64,000 nucleotides of DNA, taken from contig JBNKBE010000002.1 of NCBI GenBank assembly GCA_050287085.1, forward strand, positions 32,001 through 96,000. The letters are read 5' to 3'. The translations under genes and the position numbers were made by a program. Source of the stretch: Polyangiaceae bacterium. GTDB taxonomy: Bacteria > Myxococcota_A > Polyangia > Polyangiales > Polyangiaceae. This document shows positions 25,766-33,767 of the stretch, piece by piece (the stretch's first letter is position 1; each line of letters opens with the position of its first letter). The notes under the pieces were generated by a model, which was not told where the DNA came from, did no database searches, and saw only the letters and a program-made list of their open reading frames with translations.

Positions 25766-27769
25766 ATGATCGATGGCTTGAGCGATGTTCTGAATCGGAA
25801 ACTGGAGCTTCTGCCGGCGCGTCCGGGGGTCTACATCTTTCGCGATCGCGAAGGTCACGCCCTCTACGTGGGCAAAGCCAAGAGTCTTCGCTCCCGTGTG
25901 CGCTCGTACTTTCAGGCAGGTTCCAGCGATGATCGACAGCTCTTGCCGGCTCTCGTGGCGCGGATCGCCGATCTCGACACGGTGGTTGTCGACACCGAGA
26001 AAGAAGCGGCCATCCTCGAAAACAGCTTGATCAAGGAGAAGCAGCCGCCCTTCAACATCAAGCTGCGCGACGATAAGGAGTACCTCACGTTGCGGCTCGA
26101 CCCCAATGAGTCTTGGCCTCGGCTTACGCTCGTGCGTGTGCCCGCGGCGGATCGCGCGGAGTATTTTGGCCCCTATCATACGGCCACCGCTGCGCGTCGT
26201 ACGCTGCATCTGGTGGAGAAGCACTTTCGCCTGCGCACGTGCAGCGATCGCGAAATGGAGTCCCGGACCCGTCCTTGTCTCCAGTATCAAATCAAGCGCT
26301 GCGATGCTCCATGCGTGGGGCTGTGCGAGCGCGAGCAGTACCAGCAGCTCGTGCGAGCGGTTCAGCTGTTTCTCTCCGACTGCCACGACGAGCTCAGCAC
26401 GACTTTGGAGCAACAGATGGCGCATGCGGCTGAAACGCTGGAGTATGAGCGGGCGATGGCCTACCGCGATCAGCTGCGCGCAGTGGCGGCACTCAGGCAG
26501 AAGCAGCGCGTGGTCAGCGTGGGCGGCCTCGATCAGGACGTGTTGGGGCTCTACCGTGAAGGTGACATGCTGGAACTGGCCGTGATGGTGGTGCGGGGGG
26601 GGCGTATGGTGGACGCCTATTCGCTAGCCTCTCCTCGCACCGAGCTGGACGCCGGTGAGATCGTCGCTGCGTTTCTGAGGGAGCAATACGCCGCGGGTCG
26701 CGTACCCCACGAGATCTTGGTGCCGGTCCTGCCGGACGGCGCGGAAGGGATCGCGCAGTGGCTGTCCGAGCGTCAAGCGGCGGAGCCTGGCAGTCGCCGT
26801 CGGGTGAGACTGCTCGTCCCCCAGCGGGGGCCCCGCTCAGCGCTGCTGCAGCTGGCCCTGGACAACGCCAAACATGCATTTTTGGAGAAGCAACGGGCTC
26901 AGGGCGAGCGTGAGCAGCGCCTCAAGCAGCTGCAAGAGAAGCTGCGTTTACCGGAGCTACCGCGCCGTATCGAGTGCACGGACATCTCACACTTGGGCGG
27001 TGATGATACCGTGGGCTCGGTCGTGGCCATGCTCGATGGTCAGCTCGACAAGGCGCGCTATCGCACTTATCGAGTGAAGAGCGAAACACGTGGCGACGAC
27101 TATCTGGCCATGTACGAAGTGCTGCGCCGTCGCTTTCGCCGCGGTGGGGAAGCGCGCGAGGGCGAGGCCTGGAGCTTGCCCGACCTATTTGTAGTGGACG
27201 GCGGGCGGGGCCAACTGGCCGTGGCGATGGCGGCAGCTCGCGACTTGGGACTGGCGCAGTTGCAGTTGGCCGGCCTAGCGAAGGAACGCGAGACCGCCTC
27301 AGGGCAAACCTTGGTGGATCGGGTCTACCTCCCAGGACAGAAAAATCCGATCGCATTGCGCGAGCACAGCTCCGCCCTGTTCTTGCTCGCGCAGCTACGA
27401 GACGAAGCCCACCGCTTTGCCAACTTGGGGCGCAGCCGAGCCGGGACGCGTCGGCGCTTGCAGAGCGCGCTCGACGGCATCGCTGGCATTGGTCCCAAAA
27501 CCCGGGTTGCGCTGTTGCGAGCCTTCGGCTCCGTCGCCAACGTGCTGTCGGCAACGGAAAGCGAACTCCTGGCGGTTTCCGGAGTCAATCGACGACACGT
27601 CGGCGCCCTGGAAGCGTTCCGCCGTGAACATATGCCTGACAACCCTGTTGGCGGATATGACACCGATGTTGGCGACGAGGAGGTGTGGTCGTCGCCCCAA
27701 GAGCCAGACGATGCGTTGGACGCTGATGGCACGGAAGGTGCTTCGGCGGAGCCCAGCTCTTCCCAGTGA
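25766..27769 (+). CDS. uvrC: Excinuclease ABC subunit C
   Basis: GIY-YIG (PGVY...YVGKAKSLR.RV.SYF), RIECTDISH, VDGGRGQL, LRDEAHRFA and HhH motifs. Confidence 0.97.
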   Translation: MIDGLSDVLNRKLELLPARPGVYIFRDREGHALYVGKAKSLRSRVRSYFQAGSSDDRQLLPALVARIADLDTVVVDTEKEAAILENSLIKEKQPPFNIKLRDDKEYLTLRLDPNESWPRLTLVRVPAADRAEYFGPYHTATAARRTLHLVEKHFRLRTCSDREMESRTRPCLQYQIKRCDAPCVGLCEREQYQQLVRAVQLFLSDCHDELSTTLEQQMAHAAETLEYERAMAYRDQLRAVAALRQKQRVVSVGGLDQDVLGLYREGDMLELAVMVVRGGRMVDAYSLASPRTELDAGEIVAAFLREQYAAGRVPHEILVPVLPDGAEGIAQWLSERQAAEPGSRRRVRLLVPQRGPRSALLQLALDNAKHAFLEKQRAQGEREQRLKQLQEKLRLPELPRRIECTDISHLGGDDTVGSVVAMLDGQLDKARYRTYRVKSETRGDDYLAMYEVLRRRFRRGGEAREGEAWSLPDLFVVDGGRGQLAVAMAAARDLGLAQLQLAGLAKERETASGQTLVDRVYLPGQKNPIALREHSSALFLLAQLRDEAHRFANLGRSRAGTRRRLQSALDGIAGIGPKTRVALLRAFGSVANVLSATESELLAVSGVNRRHVGALEAFRREHMPDNPVGGYDTDVGDEEVWSSPQEPDDALDADGTEGASAEPSSSQ

Positions 27770-27847
27770 GTGTCGCGCTGAGGCGGCGGCACACACGCTC
27801 GCAACTGGGCTGTGCTGCACGTCCAAAGCCTCAAACAGACAGGGAGC

Positions 27848-27872
27848 TCAATACAGTAAGAGTGTATTGACA
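27848..27872. promoter_or_regulatory. AT-rich inverted repeat overlapping a TTGACA; probable operator
   Basis: TCAATACA-N7-TGTATTGA (27848-27870); TTGACA at 27867-27872. Confidence 0.5.
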
Positions 27873-28016
27873 ACCCACGCTACGACCTGACAAACATGCC
27901 ACCCAAACCAGCAGCCGGATTGAGATCGATTCGGTTGGACCGCCCTCCCTGGCGGATCGTCTATGGACGAATCCCCGTTATCGGAGTGTCGACGTAGGTT
28001 CAAGGAGCCCTTCGAG

Positions 28017-30527
28017 ATGAAAAGCAATCGCAAAACGTCCCTTCGAGCCTTAGCGGCGGTCACAACGCTGACCGCGACGGCGCTGCTGCCGACTGGCTGC
28101 CTCGACCGCCCGGTGGGGGAAGTGACACCGCAGACCACCAACATCCTGGTGGATCAGTTGGTCCAGAGTGGCGTCGACAAGATCGACTTGCTCTTCGTCA
28201 TCGACAACTCGCTTTCCATGGCGGACAAGCAAGCCATTTTGGCGGAGGCTTTGCCCGACCTAGTGGACCGCTTCGTCAGCCCCATCTGCGTGGACGAAAA
28301 CGGGGTACCCACGGGCGAACACCCGGATAGTGCTGATGCGGATTGCACGAGCGGAGCCCGGGAGTTCAAGCCGATCCAGGACATCCACATCGGCGTCATC
28401 ACCACCAGTCTGGGGGGGTATGGTTCGGCATCGAACTGCTTGCCGGATTCCGGAGAGGAGGCGGACATGGCACGCCTGGTGGGGAGCTTGCCGCGCGCCG
28501 GGGACGCGCCGGATTTCCTCGCGTGGACCTCGAGTTCGGACCGCGGTACCTTTGTTTCCCAGTTCACTGCCCAGGTGTCCGCCGCGGGTGAGCATGGCTG
28601 CGGCTGGGAAGCTCCGCTGGAGTCGTGGTATCGTTTCTTGGTCGATCCCATTCCTTACCAGGTGATCGAACGACAGGACTGCCCGGGTGACACGAGCGGC
28701 AAGCTGCTATGTGCCGGTCCGAAGCTGGACGCCAGCGGCAATATGGTGCTCGACGAGACCATTTTGGCCCAGCGCAAGCAGTTTTTGCGACCGGACTCGC
28801 TGGTGGCCATCATCATGCTGAGCGACGAAAACGACTGCTCGTTTCAGGCCAGTGGGCGCTCGTGGACTCTCGCCCAGACTTCGTTGCCTGGAGGCGCGAT
28901 CAACGTCGCACTGCGCGCGACGACGGTGTGCCAAGAAAACCCGAACGACCCTTGTTGCCATAGCTGCGGGGTCTTGCGCAAAGACTGTCCCACTGAGAAG
29001 AGCGCGGAAGACCCTTCGAAGGAGGTTGGCGTTGGGTGCGTCGGAGGCCCGGCTTCCTATTACAGCTTGTCTATGGAGGGCATGCCTTCGGATGACGAGG
29101 CCAACCTGCGTTGTTTCCAGCAGAAGCGTCGCTTCGGGGTCGACTATCTGTACCCGGTGCAGCGGTATGCCAATGCCCTCAGCCAGTTCGAGCTGTGTCC
29201 TTTCGCGGATGACTTGAGTGCCGATAGCTCGGTGTGTTCCGATCCAAGTTATCTGCGCCCGAATCCGCTCTTCGACGACCTGACCTACGATCCCAACAAT
29301 CCCGACGCGGTTCGCGCGGTTCCCCGCGACGAGAGTTTGATCTTCTTGGCGGGCATTGTGGGGGTTCCCTGGCAGGATCTTGCCCAAACGGTGAGCGGCC
29401 AGTTGGATGTCAATGCTGAGCTCCGCTACCGCACCAACACAGCGGAAAAAGACACGAACCCCGCGGACACCCAGATTCAATGGGATTGGATCGTAGGCGA
29501 TGCCATTGATGAGGCGAACAATCTGCCTCCCGGGGGGATCCCTAACCCCGTTGATCCCATGATGGTAGAGTCGATCGACCCGCGCGACCAGCTTGGCAGG
29601 GCTAACCCCGTGACGGGGGAGGCGCCCGCTGCTCCAGCATCCAATCAGCGTGCTAACAGCATCAACGGTCACGAATGGAGCAACCTAGAGCGTCGCGACT
29701 TGCAATATGCGTGTACATTCCCGATTCAGAAAGAAACGGATTGCCCCACGCTAGAAGAGGTTAACGCCATGAAGGCGGCCGACCCAGGGGTAAAGATACC
29801 CAACTGCGACTGCACGGCCTATCCGAACGAAGCTGCCCACAATCCGCTCTGCCAATCGGATGCCAACGAATACGGCTATCGTCAGCACTACGCCAAGGCC
29901 TACCCAAGCTTGCGGCAACTGCAGGTACTCCGTCTCGTGCAGGATAAGGCGATCGTGGCTTCAATCTGTCCGAAGTCGACGGATCCGACTGAGCCCGATT
30001 ACGGCTATCGTCCAGCGGTCAAAGTTATCGTTGACACGCTGAAGAAGCAGCTGACAGACAAGTGTTTGCCTCGACCGTTGGCGGTGGATCCAACCGGGGG
30101 AGCCAAGTGCCTGTTGATCGAGGCCAAGCCGCTTGCCAGCGATACCCGAAGCTGTGGTGAGGTTGCGGCGCGCAAAGACGTTGGAAGCGACATCGCGGCA
30201 GTGGTTCGAGCTCGCTTGTTGGCCACCGACAAGTGCCAGGATGACGCGACGTGCAACCTGTATCGACTGTGTGAGATTTCGCAGTTGCCCCCTGGTCAGG
30301 ACAGCGACTGTCTGAACAATCCGAACAGCGCAAGCGGCGACGGCTGGTGTTACGTCGACCCTGGAGCGGGGATTGGTTCCCCAGCTGTGGTAGAAGGTTG
30401 TGCTGACACCGAGCAACGCAAGGTTCGCTTTGCTGGCAAGGGTACCCCGGAGAAGGGCACCGTTACGTTCTTCGCTTGTGCCGGGTCGTCACTGAGACCG
30501 GGTGAAGGCGAAGGAGAGGGCAACTGA
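28017..30527 (+). CDS. Large Cys-rich lipoprotein with a VWA/MIDAS-like core
   Basis: AAGGAG RBS, lipobox-like PTGC, IDLLFVIDNSLSM (DxSxS) and IIMLSDENDCS; many cysteines. Confidence 0.8.
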   Translation: MKSNRKTSLRALAAVTTLTATALLPTGCLDRPVGEVTPQTTNILVDQLVQSGVDKIDLLFVIDNSLSMADKQAILAEALPDLVDRFVSPICVDENGVPTGEHPDSADADCTSGAREFKPIQDIHIGVITTSLGGYGSASNCLPDSGEEADMARLVGSLPRAGDAPDFLAWTSSSDRGTFVSQFTAQVSAAGEHGCGWEAPLESWYRFLVDPIPYQVIERQDCPGDTSGKLLCAGPKLDASGNMVLDETILAQRKQFLRPDSLVAIIMLSDENDCSFQASGRSWTLAQTSLPGGAINVALRATTVCQENPNDPCCHSCGVLRKDCPTEKSAEDPSKEVGVGCVGGPASYYSLSMEGMPSDDEANLRCFQQKRRFGVDYLYPVQRYANALSQFELCPFADDLSADSSVCSDPSYLRPNPLFDDLTYDPNNPDAVRAVPRDESLIFLAGIVGVPWQDLAQTVSGQLDVNAELRYRTNTAEKDTNPADTQIQWDWIVGDAIDEANNLPPGGIPNPVDPMMVESIDPRDQLGRANPVTGEAPAAPASNQRANSINGHEWSNLERRDLQYACTFPIQKETDCPTLEEVNAMKAADPGVKIPNCDCTAYPNEAAHNPLCQSDANEYGYRQHYAKAYPSLRQLQVLRLVQDKAIVASICPKSTDPTEPDYGYRPAVKVIVDTLKKQLTDKCLPRPLAVDPTGGAKCLLIEAKPLASDTRSCGEVAARKDVGSDIAAVVRARLLATDKCQDDATCNLYRLCEISQLPPGQDSDCLNNPNSASGDGWCYVDPGAGIGSPAVVEGCADTEQRKVRFAGKGTPEKGTVTFFACAGSSLRPGEGEGEGN

Positions 30528-30606
30528 GCGCGCTCGAGACCGCACCCGAGGTCCAACAAGGGAGCGGCAGGGCCAACTGGCCTTGACTGAGCTCGATTGA
30601 CGACAG

Positions 30607-30645
30607 CGGCGGGTCGCCTTTTAGGCGCCCGCCGTGCGTCATTTT
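30607..30645 (+). terminator. Probable intrinsic terminator
   Basis: CGGCGGGTCGCCT-TTT-AGGCGCCCGCCG stem with ATTTT shortly after. Confidence 0.6.
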
Positions 30646-30722
30646 GGTGGGCTGGGAAATCTGAGAAGAGCGGGCTGGCTCTTTCGTTTGCTGGCGCTGA
30701 GCGCTAGCATCGCCGCCGGCCG

Positions 30723-31409
30723 ATGCAGTCGAAGAAGACGATAGTCGTGATCGAGGATGAGCCTCAGATCGCTTTGGGGCTCACCGACGCTCTCGAGTTC
30801 GAAGGGTTTCGCGTCGTGACGGAGGCAACGGGGCAGAGCGGTATTGCCGCGATCGCCCGAGAGCGGCCGGATGCCGTGCTTTTGGATCTGATGTTGCCGG
30901 ACATGAATGGCTACCAGGTCTGCGAACGGGTGCGCCGGAGCGATCGGCTTGTGCCGATCATCATGCTGACCGCTCGCAGCGAGGAGGTGAGCAAGATTCG
31001 GGGGCTTGAATCCGGCGCGGACGACTACGTTACCAAGCCCTTCAGCGTGGCGGAGCTAGTGGCAAGGATCCGTGCGGTGTTGCGTCGCGCAGAACGTCAA
31101 CCCGGCACGGAAATGGTTGCGATTGGGGACGTCACCGTCAACTTGAGTGCTCACACTCTGGAGCGGGGAGGCGAGACCGAGCCGCTCTCGTTTTACGAGG
31201 TGGAATTGGTGCGCGTTCTGAGCGAGCACCGGGGCCTGCCGGTGAGTCGCGACGAGCTCTTGCAGCAGGTCTGGGGTACGGAGACGACCACCAGTAACCG
31301 CACCATCGACAACTTCATCGTTAAGCTGCGGCGCAAGATCGAACGTAGCCCCGAGCGGCCAGAGCACATTCTGACGGTGTACGGCTACGGCTACAAGCTC
31401 ACTGCCTAA
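30723..31409 (+). CDS. OmpR-family response regulator with no adjacent kinase
   Basis: Receiver domain plus winged helix (RTIDNFIVKLRRKIE...ILTVYGYGYK). Confidence 0.93.
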   Translation: MQSKKTIVVIEDEPQIALGLTDALEFEGFRVVTEATGQSGIAAIARERPDAVLLDLMLPDMNGYQVCERVRRSDRLVPIIMLTARSEEVSKIRGLESGADDYVTKPFSVAELVARIRAVLRRAERQPGTEMVAIGDVTVNLSAHTLERGGETEPLSFYEVELVRVLSEHRGLPVSRDELLQQVWGTETTTSNRTIDNFIVKLRRKIERSPERPEHILTVYGYGYKLTA

Positions 31410-32067
31410 GGGGTTCGGCTTTGCCGGTCGGCGTGAGCTCCGGCTTGAGCCGCAGTACCGCCCTGGGATCTAAGTTGAGGCCAGCGTCGCGGGCCAATAG
31501 GGCATGGCTTGCTTGTCGGTTCCCTTCGGGCGGTGGCGCGCCCGGCAGGAGTTGATAGAAAGCGATGAGGGTGCCGCGCAATCGGGCTTTGGCAACCAGA
31601 GAATAGACCGTCCGGGAGCCCTGGGATTCGACCGCTTCATGCGCATACAGCACCCAGCCGGCGTCACCGTCGGAGCGCTGAGCTTCTCCCTTCTGATTTC
31701 GGATCACGGGAGGAGCTATCTCCTCAGTAGCGACCCATAGAGCGAGGCCCGTCGCCGGAAGCGGCGCGTCTAGGAGCCCGTCGTAGAGGACCCGAAGCTC
31801 AGCGCCATCAGGTACCTGATAGGCCCGGAGATCGGTGGGTAAGCCACTCGGTAGCGCGAGGGACACTCCGCCGCCTTGTTCTAGTTGGGTCGCAGGGGAC
31901 GGAGCGGGAATACAGATGGCGTTGTCCGGCAGCGTGCCCGGCGGACACTCCGACTCGCCAGAGCGTGGCGCTTTCAGCCGCCCCACCACGAGCTGATCGG
32001 CGGGCGTTCTGAGCCATAGCAGCAGCAGGACACCGAGTGGAAGCAGGAGCGAAAGCCATCGAACCAT
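31399..32067 (-). CDS. Hypothetical membrane-anchored protein
   Basis: 222 aa ORF with an N-terminal hydrophobic segment and CPPGTLPD..ICIP. Confidence 0.65.
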   Translation of the reverse strand: MVRWLSLLLPLGVLLLLWLRTPADQLVVGRLKAPRSGESECPPGTLPDNAICIPAPSPATQLEQGGGVSLALPSGLPTDLRAYQVPDGAELRVLYDGLLDAPLPATGLALWVATEEIAPPVIRNQKGEAQRSDGDAGWVLYAHEAVESQGSRTVYSLVAKARLRGTLIAFYQLLPGAPPPEGNRQASHALLARDAGLNLDPRAVLRLKPELTPTGKAEPLRQ

Positions 32068-32088
32068 CGGCGCAGAGTAACTCAGCAG

Positions 32089-32870
32089 CTGGCGGCATGC
32101 TAAGGGCCCGCCGCCAGGAAAGCCATACTACGCCGGCCGCTCCTCTTGCTGTGGCGTGCTGGCTCGTCGCTGTGCTCGTAGAGCTACCACAGTAGCTCTG
32201 CGGGGGGCTCTCCTCACGCGCCCACCTCGCGGCGGTCTCGACCGGCTCGCGACTGACTTTCCCATCCGCGGGCCCCAAGGGCCGGTGTGTCCGGCTTCCG
32301 CGGGGGCGTTCTGAGGCAAAGACTATCGATTGAGCTGCTCAGACTGCTTGGCAGCATGCCAAGCGCCGATGCTCGCTGCGGGGAGTAGGCGCGAGAAAGT
32401 CTCGTGCCCGGCTCTCTCAATTTCGCTGAGAGGGCCGGTCGGCGAAGCCGCGCCGAGCCGGGTTTGCGCTATCGCACTCGGTGAGTCTGCGAGGCCGCGG
32501 CAGCGGTCGAAATCGATGCCGTACTCCGCGGCAAGCCCACCGAGCTCGCGGAGTTACACGTTTCACTCGTACGTGGCACGGAGCGTTGCGGCGCCCCTGT
32601 ATGCACTCCCGCCAGGCCGTGCATCTATGCTCTGTTTCGGCTCGTGACTTGCGATGCAGGGGCTTGCTCTGCGCAGAACGCCTCGCTGACTCGCGACAAC
32701 CACTTGCACTACCACTTCGGCCTGAAGCAGAACCAAGTTTCGCCTTGCGAGGAAAGCGTGCAGACCTTTGCATCAGCGAACCCCCTCCCACCGGCCGAAC
32801 CCCAAACCGCGGGGAGCGCGCAAGCTCGCTCCCCGCTCCTCCGACCAAAGCTTCGTTCTGAGGTTGCAGT
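32089..32870 (+). ncRNA. Candidate large structured non-coding RNA or leader of unknown family
   Basis: More than 10 hairpins, a long-range helix, + strand G-U pairs and no credible ORF (see findings). Confidence 0.55.
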
Positions 32871-32898
32871 GGAGAAGGAGCGCTGATAGCTCTCGAAC

Positions 32899-33717
32899 GT
32901 GCCCTCCGAGTTCTTCACTCCCGCCGACGCTGCCGTGCTGGAAACCTTCGTGGTGCCGCGTTACCTATCGGCGTTTGGTCGCGTTGCTCTCGATATGATG
33001 CTGGTCGGCGAGAGCGCCAATGTGGCCCACCTTGGATGCCGTACGGGCTTTCCGGATGCGGAGCTGTTGAAGAAGGTCGGCAGTTGTCGCGTCGTAGGAG
33101 TGGACCGCGCCGCGTCGGTAGTGGAGCTGGCCCGCAATAAGGCCGCGGCGCTGGGGCTCAAACAGCTCGAGTATCACGTGGTCGACGGGTACCCGACGCC
33201 CCTGACAGGCCAGACCTTTTCCCACGTCTTGACCCTGCATCCCTACGGCAACCACTTCGAGCGCGCGGAGTTGTTCACCGAAATGAGTCGCCTGCTCTAT
33301 CCGTGTGGTCAGGCTCTTGTGGCTATGCCGCTGCGCGGTTCGTTTCAGGAACTTGGCGATCTGTTCCGGGAATACGCGCTCAAGTATGACGAGGGGGCTT
33401 TCGGGCAGGCTGTGGACGTGGCGGTCGGTGCGCGACCGACGATTGAGACCTTGTCGGAGGAGCTGGAAGTGGCGGGCCTTGTGGACGTTGATGTGGAAGT
33501 CGTATCGACGCGGCTCAGCTTCGTTGGAGGTCGCGCATTTCTGGAGGACCCGTCAACGCGCTTGCTCATCGTACCTGAGCTCGAGTCTGGGCTAGGGAGC
33601 TTTGATCTTTCTTCTCCACTCACCTACGTCGGGGACGCCATCGATGAGTATTGGGCGGAGTCTGAGTTCTCACTGACCGTCAAGATCGGCTGCGCCTCGG
33701 CACGACGCCCTGGGTGA
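32899..33717 (+). CDS. Class I SAM-dependent methyltransferase-fold protein
   Basis: VAHLGCRTG...VVGVD...ELARNKA pattern; GTG start after AAGGAG. Confidence 0.75.
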   Translation: MPSEFFTPADAAVLETFVVPRYLSAFGRVALDMMLVGESANVAHLGCRTGFPDAELLKKVGSCRVVGVDRAASVVELARNKAAALGLKQLEYHVVDGYPTPLTGQTFSHVLTLHPYGNHFERAELFTEMSRLLYPCGQALVAMPLRGSFQELGDLFREYALKYDEGAFGQAVDVAVGARPTIETLSEELEVAGLVDVDVEVVSTRLSFVGGRAFLEDPSTRLLIVPELESGLGSFDLSSPLTYVGDAIDEYWAESEFSLTVKIGCASARRPG

Positions 33718-33767
33718 GGCTTGCGCCTCCGTTGATGATTGGGTCGGGCGGACGTTGCTGCGCAGGG

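Noticed and set aside
32089..32870. Group I/II intron, retron msr-msd or cobalamin riboswitch
   Set aside because: No domain V hairpin, no convincing P7 partner for GACTA, no interrupted gene, no reverse transcriptase nearby and no B12 box.
32330..32886. Short ORFs 32330-32647, 32417-32848, 32481-32861 and 32644-32886
   Set aside because: They overlap each other, are Arg/Ala/Pro/Ser-rich and show no recognisable motifs, typical of GC-rich spurious ORFs.
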